In this document: piece after piece, positions 29,996 to 39,599 of the stretch
Numbering within the stretch: the stretch's first letter is position 1
Layout: each line of letters opens with the position of its first letter
Assembly (NCBI GenBank): GCA_963674735.2
Contig: CAXXQS010000002.1
Coordinates: forward strand, 512,001-576,000
DNA length: 64,000 nucleotides
From: Myxococcota bacterium
GTDB lineage: Bacteria > Myxococcota_A > SURF-8
Reading direction: 5' to 3'
Made by a program: the position numbers and the translations under genes
Notes under the pieces: generated by a model
The model's database searches: none
The model's input: the letters and a program-made list of their open reading frames with translations, nothing else
What the model was told of the DNA's origin: nothing

Positions 29996-31051
29996 CTACC
30001 AGCGGGCCTGGTGCTCCTCGGCCCAGCCGGTCAATCCCGAAACGTCGAGGCATTCGCCGTCGTCGGTTACGAGCAGGCCTTCGAAGTGGCCGAACACTTG
30101 GTGAACCGCGCTTTTCAGCACACCCAGATTGGTGTTGGCGGAGCGGTCGAAGATCGGTCGCAGGGTGAGCTTGCAGCGGCCCTCGCGGTCGGTGAAGCGC
30201 CAGGGAGCCAACCAGTCGCGCGGGCTGTATTCGAATTGCACCGGCCCCAGCTTGTGCAGCTTGCCATCGAGGAAGAGACTGTTTTCGGTGGCGGCGGAGA
30301 GATCGCCGAAGCCCTGCCCCAGGTTCAGGCTCAAAATGCGGCCGTCGTCGCGACGCGAAAAGGCGCTGGCCCAGTTCCAGAAGGAGCGATAGGGCCACAC
30401 CCCGCGCCCCCAATCGAGCACGCCCAGCGCGCCGTCGAGCGGGCCGTCGACCCAGCCGTCAAGCTGCGCCGTGCCGGTCACGGGCATACCGGGAATCTTG
30501 TCGTTGTAGTAGAAGCCGTTTTTGCCGATGGGCGTCGCCATGACGATGTGGTCGCGCGTCTCGGGTTCGTCGAAGCGCAACTCGGCGCGGAAGGTCTTTT
30601 GGCCGTCGAACTTGGGCCACACGAAGGCCGCACGCCGTTCGCCGGGACGTTTGGTGAAGGTAACGCGCAACCCGCCCTTGACATACTCGCTGTCGCCCGC
30701 GCGGCTGCTGGTCGGCAGGGAGACGCCACGCCCCAGCGGAGTGAGGGCGGCCTGCTCGATCATGCGGTCCCGCTTGAAATCGATAATGTAGGCGAACATC
30801 AGCCCCATGTAGCCGATGTGGCTGATGGTAATGGAAAGAAACAGGTCGCCGCACCACACGCCGTAGTAGTCCCACTCTTTGAGCCGCAGGCGGTTGAGGG
30901 CTTTGAACGGCGTCAGGCTCAGACGCTCGGGGTTGTAATCCGACACGGGTTGCAGAGCGTAACCCGGCTCGCGCAGACGCCCCGAGGCGTCGAGCAGCGG
31001 ACCGGCGGCGGTGATTCGATGTTCCATGAGGGGTTTCTCCGGTTTGTTCAA
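29996..31051 (-). CDS. DUF2804-family protein
   Basis: RLKEWDYY, LDWGRGVWPYRSFWNWAS, LNLGQGF, TEN and QVFG.F.G motifs. Confidence 0.85.
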   Translation of the reverse strand: MNKPEKPLMEHRITAAGPLLDASGRLREPGYALQPVSDYNPERLSLTPFKALNRLRLKEWDYYGVWCGDLFLSITISHIGYMGLMFAYIIDFKRDRMIEQAALTPLGRGVSLPTSSRAGDSEYVKGGLRVTFTKRPGERRAAFVWPKFDGQKTFRAELRFDEPETRDHIVMATPIGKNGFYYNDKIPGMPVTGTAQLDGWVDGPLDGALGVLDWGRGVWPYRSFWNWASAFSRRDDGRILSLNLGQGFGDLSAATENSLFLDGKLHKLGPVQFEYSPRDWLAPWRFTDREGRCKLTLRPIFDRSANTNLGVLKSAVHQVFGHFEGLLVTDDGECLDVSGLTGWAEEHQARW

Positions 31052-31054
31052 CGA

Positions 31055-31606
31055 TTACTCCGGCTGCCAGCGGTCGAAAAAGGTGTCCATGGGCGCAGCC
31101 TGACCAAAAGGCAGGTGGCCGTATTTCACCGACAACTGCCCGGCCGCCTCATCCTTGCTTTGGCCTTCCATTACCACTTTCCACATGGCCGAGACCAGCC
31201 CGGCGCGGTCGGCTCCGGCGCGGCAGTGGATCAGCAGCGGACGCGGCGCGTTTTTGAAGACCTCCAGAATGGCGGCGACGCGCTCCGGCGGCGGTTCGAA
31301 GCGTGCGCGGATGCCCACGTCGTAATGGGTCAGTCCCAACTCGCGGCTGACGCGCATCTCGTCGTCGTACCAGCTTTCGCCGGGGGTGGCCCCACGCAGG
31401 TTCAGCACGCTGCGGATGCCGTGCTCCGCCACCACCTCTTTCAAGCGCGCCGCCGAGAGCTGGCCCGAGCGGTACACCTCGCCGGGGGTGACGGCGTGCA
31501 CGTTGCCGCGAATCTCGAATTGCCAGAGATACGCGCCGTAGAGCAACAGCAGCACGGCCAGAACGGACAAGACGATTTTCGTAGCTTTTTTCTTCGGTGA
31601 TGTCAT
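31055..31606 (-). CDS. Membrane-anchored/exported tyrosine (dual-specificity) phosphatase
   Basis: N-terminal TM helix, VYRSGQL, VLNLRG and catalytic HCRAGADR. Confidence 0.88.
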   Translation of the reverse strand: MTSPKKKATKIVLSVLAVLLLLYGAYLWQFEIRGNVHAVTPGEVYRSGQLSAARLKEVVAEHGIRSVLNLRGATPGESWYDDEMRVSRELGLTHYDVGIRARFEPPPERVAAILEVFKNAPRPLLIHCRAGADRAGLVSAMWKVVMEGQSKDEAAGQLSVKYGHLPFGQAAPMDTFFDRWQPE

Positions 31607-31647
31607 TGCGAGCCCTTCGTGTTACGGATCGTGGCGCTCATGACGGC

Positions 31648-33663
31648 TCAAGCCGCGTCGGCGGAACGGGGCGGTCCGGCCTGGGGGAGGTCGCCGAGTT
31701 CTTCGGCCAGACGACGGCACAAGCTGGCGTAGTCCGGGTTGGAAATCCCGTATATGCCGGCCACCGCGCGATCGATGGCAAGCACCTGGGCGTCGAAGGC
31801 ATCGCCCTCAAGCCCCGCAAGTTCGGCGACCGCCGCTTCGATGGCCTGCTGGCGTTCTTCGGGCGCCCACTTCAGCGGCAGGCGTTCCAGGTTGCCGCGC
31901 AGCACCTTGAGCGTGAAAAAGCTGAAGGTGTAGTAATACTGAAGCACGCTGGAATTGAGCAAGGCCAGCAGATAGGCGGGACGAAAGCCCGGCAGCTTGG
32001 GAATGAGCACGTTGGCGTTGTTGAGCGTGAAACGTCCCTGGTCGTCCAGCGCGAAGACCAGCCGCTTGCCGATGAAGCGATAGACCAGCTTCTGCGGGGC
32101 GTCGAAAATCTCGCGCGGGCAGGCCTGCTGCAACTCGCTGCGGTCGTAGATGATGAAGTGACGGCTCTCGCGAATGCGGTAGGGCAGCAGATCGCGTCCG
32201 ACAATCAGCGCTTCATGGCGCGGCGACTGCTTGAAACGCGAAATCAACCGCCCGTTGTCGCCGGTGACGATGCCCAGCCCCCAGGTGGCGTGACCCTTGA
32301 ATCGCGCACCGCCCCGGTCGATCTGCGACAACAGCCGCCGGGTGCCGTCGTCCATATGGATGTTGAAGATCTGTTCGGGCGTCGAGAGAAACGCCGCTTG
32401 GGAAATCGTGCGGCGCGATTCGCCGGGCGCGCCCAGGTCGGTGACGATCTGCACGGCGCGCTCCGTCGCTGCGTGACGGTCGGCGATTTTTTCGGCCACC
32501 AGGATCATGGAGGGTGCGAACACCCGCTCGAACAGTTCGCCGCAGGTGGCGATGCGCCGCAGGTGCGCCGTTTCCAGCAACAGCTTGCGCGAGGCGCGAT
32601 GGGCGCGGATATTCAAATAGGCGTCGGGAATGAGAAAGCCCAGCCGACCGCCGTCGTTCAGCAATTCCAAGCCGCGTTCGATAAACAACGTGAAGGAGTT
32701 GACGCCGCTTTGCGCGCTGACGAATTCGCTGCGCAGAACGGCCTTTTCGCGGGCGTCGAGCTTGGAGCCCCAGGGCGGATTGCCGATGATGCAGTCGAAG
32801 CGGCCGATCATGTCGTCGGTGCCCGCCACACAGCAAAACAGCTTGTGCTCGCCGCGATCGAGCGGATTGACGCGGTGGATGTTGAAGCGCAGGGGCTCAT
32901 CGCCGCGTTCCTTCAAAAACAGGTTCATGCGCGTCAGCACGATGGCGAAAGGATCGATGTCGAAGCCGAACAGATGTTCCTCGACGATGCGCCGGTGCGC
33001 CTCGAACGCGGTCTGCCCCGCATCCAGGTAATGCGCTTTCAGGCGATCGTAGGCCCCGAGCAGAAACTGGCCCGAACCGCAGGCCGGGTCGCAGACGCTC
33101 AACTCGGGACGCGCCAGCGGGTCGAGCGACAGATCGTCGAGAATGCTTTCCACCACCGCCGGAGGCGTGTAGTACTGGCCGCTGGCTTTGCGGGCGTCGC
33201 GTTGGCTGACGGCCTGGTAGACGCCGCCCAGAATGTCGCGGTCGAGCCGGTCGAGCCGATAGCCCGACAACAGCGTGAACAGTTCGCCCAGGTGCGCGCG
33301 GGCCACCAGCGACGAATTCACCTCCAGGTTTTCGAGCAGGTTGTCCACCGCCACATGCAGCAGATCGGCTTCCCACATGGCCACCTGGCCGTGGTCGCGT
33401 TTTTTATGGCGGCGCAGCTTGACCAGATCGGCGAAAAGCGGCAGCGAGTCGGCGTTGAGAAAATGCCGTTCGTGGGCCAGACGCACGAAGCAGGCCTTGA
33501 GCACCAGCGCCGTCACCGTCAGACGCACGCGCGGCTCCGTGTCGCGCTCGTCCTCGACCAGACGCGCGATGGTGCGCTCGTGATAGTCGGCCACCGAGCG
33601 GTAAAACGCCTGTACAAATGGGTTGGGACCGCTTTTTTTCCGGCTGCGACGGGAACGGGGCAC
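31648..33663 (-). CDS. N6-adenine DNA methyltransferase (gamma class, TaqI/Eco57I-like) without a nuclease domain
   Basis: GQYYTP, DPACGSGQFL, GFDID, IIGNPPW and a TaqI-like C-terminal LLALLNS motif. Confidence 0.88.
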   Translation of the reverse strand: MPRSRRSRKKSGPNPFVQAFYRSVADYHERTIARLVEDERDTEPRVRLTVTALVLKACFVRLAHERHFLNADSLPLFADLVKLRRHKKRDHGQVAMWEADLLHVAVDNLLENLEVNSSLVARAHLGELFTLLSGYRLDRLDRDILGGVYQAVSQRDARKASGQYYTPPAVVESILDDLSLDPLARPELSVCDPACGSGQFLLGAYDRLKAHYLDAGQTAFEAHRRIVEEHLFGFDIDPFAIVLTRMNLFLKERGDEPLRFNIHRVNPLDRGEHKLFCCVAGTDDMIGRFDCIIGNPPWGSKLDAREKAVLRSEFVSAQSGVNSFTLFIERGLELLNDGGRLGFLIPDAYLNIRAHRASRKLLLETAHLRRIATCGELFERVFAPSMILVAEKIADRHAATERAVQIVTDLGAPGESRRTISQAAFLSTPEQIFNIHMDDGTRRLLSQIDRGGARFKGHATWGLGIVTGDNGRLISRFKQSPRHEALIVGRDLLPYRIRESRHFIIYDRSELQQACPREIFDAPQKLVYRFIGKRLVFALDDQGRFTLNNANVLIPKLPGFRPAYLLALLNSSVLQYYYTFSFFTLKVLRGNLERLPLKWAPEERQQAIEAAVAELAGLEGDAFDAQVLAIDRAVAGIYGISNPDYASLCRRLAEELGDLPQAGPPRSADAA

Positions 33664-33666
33664 GGC

Positions 33667-34923
33667 CTAGCTTTCTTTCTTGAGTTTGCTCATCAGGCTC
33701 TTTTTCGCCTGTTCCTTGGCTTTCGGGTCGCTGGGCGCGCTCTGGGCGTCGGCCTTGGCGCGGCGAGTCGGCTTGGCCGTCGCTTTCGTCGTTTTGGCGG
33801 ATTTCGTGCTTCGGGCGGTTTGGGTCGTTTTCGGTTTCGGCTTCGCTTTGGTGTCGCGCTTGCTTGCCGGTTTGGCCTTCGGCTTGGGTTTCGCTTTGGG
33901 TTTCGGCTTCTCCACCGGTTCCAGGGCTTCGGAAGCTTTCGGTTCAACGGCTTCAGGGGCATCGACCGACTGAGTTTTGGCCTGCATCTTTTCGCGAACT
34001 TTCGCCTGCAAGCGGCGGCGACTGTCCGCGTCGAGGCTCTCGGCCGCCGTTTTGGCCTCTTCATCGGAGGCGGGCGCCTGGGCGGGAATCGCGTAAAGCA
34101 GGCTGCGCAGGATACGCAGAACGTCGGGCGAGGCCAGCAGTCCGTTATGTCCCACGCCGTGCACGGCGTAGCGGGTGGAGCCGGGCAGCCAGCCGTTAAC
34201 GAAAGGCGCCACCAGATTGTCGTGCACCGACACGATGCTGTGCACGTCCACCTTGCGGATGTTTTCGTCCTGTTCCAGAGAGGAGAGGAAGGCGCAGTGG
34301 GGCAGCATGTCACGCACGGCGCGTCCCGGCGCGGCGAAGCCCATCACCGTTCCCTGATGCGGCGTTCCCAGTGTGATGAGCCGCTCGATTTGCTGCGGAC
34401 CATAGTGCCGGATGACATCGCGAGACACGATGCCGCCCATGGAATGGGTGACCAGCAGCACTTTGTCGTGTTTGGAGAGCGCCAGAATTTCGTCGATGCG
34501 CTGCTTGAGCTGATCGCGGTAGCGGCTCACCGGAGCGTCCACCGGGCGCAGATTGATGGTGTACAGGCGACGCAGCCCCTCGCCTTTCAGGTGACGGATC
34601 AACCAACCCCAGAAGATGCGGTTTTCGGTCCAGCCATGTACGAACAGAACCGGCGGCAGCTTGTCGAGATTTTTGCGGTTGATCTCGCGGTCGCGGTCGA
34701 AAAAACCGAAGGGGTACGAGGCGTACATCCAGGCCAGAACCCAGAACTCGTTGACGAAGGCCTTGAACGCCCCGGCCGGATAGCTGCGCCCGAGCGGCGT
34801 TTCGAAATCCGGTTTGGCATACTCGGCGCGCGCCAGCGAGTAGGCGATCAACATCGTCAGCCCCGAGAACAGCACCCCGAAGCAAAAAAGAATGATCACA
34901 AGCTTGATTAGCAGAACGAACAT
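33667..34923 (-). CDS. Alpha/beta-fold lipase/esterase with N-terminal TM and a Lys/Ala/Pro-rich tail
   Basis: PVLFVHG, THSMGG, ITLGTPHQGT, DNLV and GHNGLL. C-terminal KPKPKAK..TAKPTRR region. Confidence 0.85.
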   Translation of the reverse strand: MFVLLIKLVIILFCFGVLFSGLTMLIAYSLARAEYAKPDFETPLGRSYPAGAFKAFVNEFWVLAWMYASYPFGFFDRDREINRKNLDKLPPVLFVHGWTENRIFWGWLIRHLKGEGLRRLYTINLRPVDAPVSRYRDQLKQRIDEILALSKHDKVLLVTHSMGGIVSRDVIRHYGPQQIERLITLGTPHQGTVMGFAAPGRAVRDMLPHCAFLSSLEQDENIRKVDVHSIVSVHDNLVAPFVNGWLPGSTRYAVHGVGHNGLLASPDVLRILRSLLYAIPAQAPASDEEAKTAAESLDADSRRRLQAKVREKMQAKTQSVDAPEAVEPKASEALEPVEKPKPKAKPKPKAKPASKRDTKAKPKPKTTQTARSTKSAKTTKATAKPTRRAKADAQSAPSDPKAKEQAKKSLMSKLKKES

Positions 34924-35027
34924 CTATCCGCTCCCGTTAGGTTTGGGTTAAGCCGGACACGGTCGGCGAATTTTAGCATATCGGTCGTATTATCGCAAGG
35001 TTAGCAATTGAGTCCCAACATTTTGAG

Positions 35028-35056
35028 TTGACATTTAACCGAAATATCATTACCAT
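35028..35056 (+). promoter_or_regulatory. Sigma70-like promoter upstream of hisC
   Basis: TTGACA-17 nt-TACCAT. Confidence 0.65.
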
Positions 35057-35207
35057 TGCACCTAGTAAAGGGTGGGCTCTTCCGCATCATCCGCCCTGTT
35101 CTTTAGATTCGACAATCATGAAAGTGATACGAGATCAAATGATTCTGCGCGGCGGCGTGTGCGCCGAGGGCCATTTGGCTATTCAATAGACAAAAGGATA
35201 CGCTATT

Positions 35208-36371
35208 ATGGCGAAAGCCTCCATACAAAAAAAGAAGGCAACCCGGATTCAGCCCTTGACCCTGGTCGAGCGCACGAATCTGGAAGTCGCCGATGTCGTC
35301 AAGGGGCTCAAACCGTATGAACCGGTTTCATCCCTGCCGCGGATTTTAGAGCGTCCGGAGATCGAACATTTCAAGCTCGACTGGAACGAGTCGACCATTC
35401 CGCCGTCGCCCAAGGTGAAAAAGGCCATCCAATCGTATCTGGACGGCAAGCTGGGGCTCAACATCTACCCGCAGCTTTTTTCCACCAACTTGCGCCTGCG
35501 TCTGCAAAGCTACGTGGGTTATCCGGCCGATCATATCCTCGTGACCAACGGCTCGGACGACGCCCTCGATCTTATCTGCAAAACCTACCTGAATCCGGGC
35601 GACCGCGTGCTGTCGCCGTATCCGACCTACACGCATTTCCTGCTGTATGCCAAAAGTCGCGGCGCGGTGATCGACAAAATCAGCTGTGATGACAATCTGA
35701 ATTTCGATCTGGAAATGATCCGCGAGCAGATTACGACAGAGACGAAGATCGTCTATCTGGTGAATCCCAACAATCCCACCGGCACCTTGTATAATCTGGA
35801 AGAGCTGTCGGGACTGCTGGCGTCGGCTCCGCATACGTTGTTTTTGCTGGATGAAGCCTACTACGAGTTCGCCCGGCAGTCGGGAATCGAACTGGTGGGC
35901 GCCTTCGACAACATCGTGGTGACACGCAGTTTCTCGAAGGCCTTCGGCCTGGCGGCGCTGCGCGTCGGCTACATGGTGGGCCAGCCGTCTGTGATGAAAC
36001 AGCTGGGCTGCCTGTACAACCCCAAAAGCGTCAACCAGGTGGCCCAGGTGGCCGCCGCCGCCGCGCTGGACGACCTGCCCTACTACCAGCGCTATGTGGA
36101 CGAGGTGGATAAAGCCAAGGAACTGCTCGAACGTTGGTGCGAGCGCAACGGGTTGTCCTTTATCAACACGCCCGGCAACTTCGTGATGATCCGTGTGGAG
36201 CGCACGAAAGAAGTGGTGGAAAAGCTGGCGGAAGAAGGCGTGTACGTGCGCGATCGTTCCAGCTTCCCGGCTTTGGCCAACGTGTTCCGCCTGAGCGTGG
36301 GCACCGTCGAGCAGACCAAGGAAGTCATCCGCCGCCTGATCAAGGTGCTGACGGAACTCGACCTGCTGTAA
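35208..36371 (+). CDS. hisC: Histidinol-phosphate aminotransferase family (class II PLP enzyme)
   Basis: KLDWNE, TNGSDD, NPNNPTG, DEAY and RSFSKAFGLAALRVG. Not in a his operon, so the substrate could differ. Confidence 0.8.
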   Translation: MAKASIQKKKATRIQPLTLVERTNLEVADVVKGLKPYEPVSSLPRILERPEIEHFKLDWNESTIPPSPKVKKAIQSYLDGKLGLNIYPQLFSTNLRLRLQSYVGYPADHILVTNGSDDALDLICKTYLNPGDRVLSPYPTYTHFLLYAKSRGAVIDKISCDDNLNFDLEMIREQITTETKIVYLVNPNNPTGTLYNLEELSGLLASAPHTLFLLDEAYYEFARQSGIELVGAFDNIVVTRSFSKAFGLAALRVGYMVGQPSVMKQLGCLYNPKSVNQVAQVAAAAALDDLPYYQRYVDEVDKAKELLERWCERNGLSFINTPGNFVMIRVERTKEVVEKLAEEGVYVRDRSSFPALANVFRLSVGTVEQTKEVIRRLIKVLTELDLL

Positions 36372-36395
36372 GCTTCACCCCGATCCGATTTCGCG

Positions 36396-36421
36396 ACCCC
36401 GTCTTTTCAGGCGGGGTTTTT
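36396..36421 (+). terminator. Terminator after hisC
   Basis: ACCCCGTCT-tttc-AGGCGGGGT followed by TTTT. Confidence 0.65.
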
Positions 36422-36469
36422 CGTTGGGGACGCGGAAAAAAGAGAGACGCGCGCCACCCGGATCTCCGC

Positions 36470-37270
36470 CTACTCCAGCGCCTGCAGACCGTAGGGCGGC
36501 GAAGCGTTGACGAACACGCCGGGGCGGCAGGTCATCGTGACGCTCTCGAAATCCACCCCGTCTTTATGCGCGCTCAAGGTATAAACGCCCGGGGGAACGT
36601 TGGTAAACAAAATCCCGCCGTCGTCCGAACTCTCCGTGCGTTCCGGATCGGGCAGCACATCCTCATTGAAATAGATGGGGCCGCTGGCCGCCTCGATTTC
36701 GGGATCGCTGCTGACCGTCGCGCCTTCCTCGCCGTGCGAGCCTTCATCGGCGATCATCTTGCCGACCACCGTCACGGTGGTGACCATCTGGCAGAACTCG
36801 GCGCTGGGATTGACCCCCAGGCTGGCGGCGATCAGCGCGAACAGGTCGTTGTCGGGCACCTGGAAGGTTACCCAATCGAGGTCTTCTTCCGGCAGGGTAA
36901 AGGTTTTGGTCTGCGCCTCGGGAAAGCCCTCCGCCGTCAGAACGAACGTTGCCTGTTCTCCGGCAGGCAGAGCCTCGAACGCAAACTCGCCCTCGGCGTC
37001 GCTGGTGGTTTCAATGCCGGGCATTTCGAGAATCGAAAGGGTGGCATCGGCGATCACGCCATAGGGCGTGCCCGGCAGATTGAAAGCGTAGGCCACGCCG
37101 CTGACCGCAATCATGGCGGGCTCCGCTGCGGCTTCCTGGTCCCCGTCGGTCGCCGTATTTTCATCCTCGGGCGGATCCTCCAGGTAGTCTTCGCCGCAAC
37201 CGCCCAGTCCGCAGACGCCGTAAAGCATCACCAAGGCCACCCCAAGCCATGCCGCCGCACTGCGTGCCAT
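36470..37270 (-). CDS. Lipoprotein with two carboxypeptidase-regulatory-like (beta-sandwich) domains
   Basis: Lipobox LGGC, TDGDQE linker, TTSDAEGEFAFEALPAG and FTNVPPGVYTLSAHKDG. GGAGG RBS before ATG 37270. Confidence 0.75.
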   Translation of the reverse strand: MARSAAAWLGVALVMLYGVCGLGGCGEDYLEDPPEDENTATDGDQEAAAEPAMIAVSGVAYAFNLPGTPYGVIADATLSILEMPGIETTSDAEGEFAFEALPAGEQATFVLTAEGFPEAQTKTFTLPEEDLDWVTFQVPDNDLFALIAASLGVNPSAEFCQMVTTVTVVGKMIADEGSHGEEGATVSSDPEIEAASGPIYFNEDVLPDPERTESSDDGGILFTNVPPGVYTLSAHKDGVDFESVTMTCRPGVFVNASPPYGLQALE

Positions 37271-37500
37271 CTCGCACCTCCTGAAATTTGTGGAAGACAC
37301 CGCGAGTGTAGCACGAATCGAGCGAGACACCAAAGCCGAATACGCGCTCCTGCCGCGACTGTATTCACGTGTATTTTCAACTTGTTGAAAAATGATCGGC
37401 TCGACATGGGACTTTTTCATTAACACCAATTTCAACCTGTGCTAACCTTGACCTAACACTCACCCCGGCACCCGGGCTTTGCTTATCGTAAGGAGTTCTC

Positions 37501-38964
37501 ATGTCGCTGCGCGGTTGTATATGGATGCTGTTGACTCTGACCCTCTTGTTCGTCATCGTAAGCGGATGTTCGGATGATGATGCAACGCCCGACGGCGATA
37601 CGCCCGACGGCGACACGCCCGACGGCGATACGCCCGACGGCGACACGCCCGATGGCGACACGCCCGATGGCGACACGCCAGATGGCGACACGCCCGACGG
37701 CGACGAACCCGACGGTGACAACCCGGATGGCGACGAGGACGGCGATGAAGACGGACCCATCCCGCTGCAATGCGTGTCGCCGATCGCCCAACGCGAACTG
37801 CCGATGGTCGCCGACGACACCTTCGAGCTGGGCCCCTACCTGATGCAGGCCACCGACACGTCCATCGTGGTGATGTGGCGCACCGTCGATGAGAGCGACG
37901 GAACGGTGCTCATCGGCGAAGGCGACGAACCGGATCAAACCCTCTCCCAGGAGGGCGTTTCGAACGTGCACGAAATCAAAGTGGAGGGGTTGTCCCCCAA
38001 CCAACGCTACGCCTATCGCGTGCGCTCGAACGGCACCACCTCCGCTATGCATCATTTTTACACCGCTCCGGGCGAGAACCAGGGTTTCCGTTTCGCCGTG
38101 TGGGGCGACAATCAGCACGGACCGGCCACGTTCAGTACCGTCGTCGACGGCATCGCGGCCACCAAGCCCCACATGCTCGCCGGCGTGGGCGACCACGTGC
38201 AGGAGGGCAGCCTGTATTCTCTTTGGCGCGATCAGCTTTTCGAGCCCGCCCGCCCGCTGTTCCACGAAGTGCCCTTCTTCCCGGCCATCGGCAATCACGA
38301 AGATTACAGCCAGAATATCTACGATCTCTACGCCCTGCCGCTTTGGTCCGACGACGCCGAGGAGGAATCGGTTTACAGCTACACCTACGGCAACGCGTTT
38401 TTCGTGGTGATCGATACCAACAAGGCCTTCTTCGCCATCGGCGACGCCGACACGACCTTGAGCGCCTATATCCGCGAGCAAATCACCTCGCCCGCCGCCC
38501 AGGCCGCTACCTGGCGTTTCGCTTACGCCCACGAACCGGGCTACGCCGAAGCCTGGGGCGACGGCTCGTGCACCTACGAAGGCTACCAACCGGTGCGTGG
38601 CTGGCTGTTGCCGCTTCTGGCCGAGAACCATTTCCATGCCTACTTCAGCGGTCATATGCATGGCTATGAACGCGGAACGGTGGAAGGCGGTCTGACGCAT
38701 ATCATCACCGGCGGCGGCGGCGGCACTCTCGACGCCTGGTGCATGGATTGGCCCGAAACCAAAGTGGCCCACTACGAACACCATTTTCTCAACATCGAAG
38801 CGGGCTGCGACACCCTGCGCATCGAAGCCACCTATCCCGACGGCGAGGTTTTCGACTGGCTGGAACTCTCGGCCGATTCCTGGGGCACGGTGCTCGACGA
38901 AGGCCCGGTGGACGACTTGCCGCCCCCGACCGTCAACAGCGACTCGCCCTCCCTGGACGAGTAA
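37501..38964 (+). CDS. Purple-acid-phosphatase-like metallophosphoesterase lipoprotein with PDGD repeats
   Basis: Lipobox VSGC, FN3-like domain, and WGD, GDHV, GNHE, HEP, SGHMHGYER motifs. Confidence 0.9.
   Translation: MSLRGCIWMLLTLTLLFVIVSGCSDDDATPDGDTPDGDTPDGDTPDGDTPDGDTPDGDTPDGDTPDGDEPDGDNPDGDEDGDEDGPIPLQCVSPIAQRELPMVADDTFELGPYLMQATDTSIVVMWRTVDESDGTVLIGEGDEPDQTLSQEGVSNVHEIKVEGLSPNQRYAYRVRSNGTTSAMHHFYTAPGENQGFRFAVWGDNQHGPATFSTVVDGIAATKPHMLAGVGDHVQEGSLYSLWRDQLFEPARPLFHEVPFFPAIGNHEDYSQNIYDLYALPLWSDDAEEESVYSYTYGNAFFVVIDTNKAFFAIGDADTTLSAYIREQITSPAAQAATWRFAYAHEPGYAEAWGDGSCTYEGYQPVRGWLLPLLAENHFHAYFSGHMHGYERGTVEGGLTHIITGGGGGTLDAWCMDWPETKVAHYEHHFLNIEAGCDTLRIEATYPDGEVFDWLELSADSWGTVLDEGPVDDLPPPTVNSDSPSLDE
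37588..37737 (+). repeat. Coding tandem repeat, 10 x 15 bp (PDGDx)
   Basis: CCCGAYGGCGAYACG-like units. Confidence 0.95.
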
Positions 38965-38987
38965 GCGCGCCATCCCTTGCGACTCCG

Positions 38988-39015
38988 ACGGCGGGCTTCG
39001 GTCCGCCGTTTTTTT
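38988..39015 (+). terminator. Terminator after the metallophosphoesterase gene
   Basis: ACGGCGGGC-ttcg-GTCCGCCGT followed by a T run. Confidence 0.75.
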
Positions 39016-39250
39016 GTGCGCGCGCCAACCCACACTGCGCTTTTTGCGCCGTTGGGTCGAGTTGCCGCGACCGCCCTATTTTGCCGCTTTGGCGAAAAAC
39101 GCGCCGCAGGACGCCTCACCGCCGAAAGGTCCGTTTTGCGCTCGCTGCGCGACATGCGCGTTTCGTCCCTTTTGCCGATCCCTTGAAATGACACGGGATT
39201 TCCGGCCCCACGTTTTGCGGGAAGTCGCTTTCATATCGGAATACAAGGCT

Positions 39251-39267
39251 TGTCGTAATACGTCACA
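39251..39267 (-). promoter_or_regulatory. Second copy of the WYL-upstream motif
   Basis: Minus strand TGTGACGTATTACGACA versus TGTGACATATTACGACA at 159-175. Confidence 0.5.
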
Positions 39268-39599
39268 TGGGCGAGAATGCGGGGTCGTGACGGAACGGGC
39301 TGGGCGCGGCAAGCCGGAAACGTCACACCGCGAAATTCACGGGTCGAATTCGGGACTTATCGATTGCAAGCCCCCGGTGGACGAGCCGTGCGGCACTCCC
39401 GAACACGCCTAATTTTTCTTATCAATATCGTATACTTAATATATTCTACTCAGTGGTTATATTAGCTACTCCAAAGTAGCACCTCTATCTCATTGATTTT
39501 ATTGGATAATTCATAATAGGCGCGAGACAGCCTCGACTTGCCTCGACAAAACCGCGCGATTATCCGGTATTACTTTGTGATAACAATTGGTTACAACGA

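Noticed and set aside
30011-34911. Plus-strand ORFs 30011..31600 and 31597..34911
   Set aside because: Antisense to clearly recognisable minus-strand genes.
37588-37737. 15-bp tandem arrays as a possible CRISPR
   Set aside because: No spacers, in-frame coding repeats, and no cas genes.
39424-39455. dif site or oriC in the AT-rich block
   Set aside because: No XerD arm (TTATGTTAAA) and no DnaA boxes seen.
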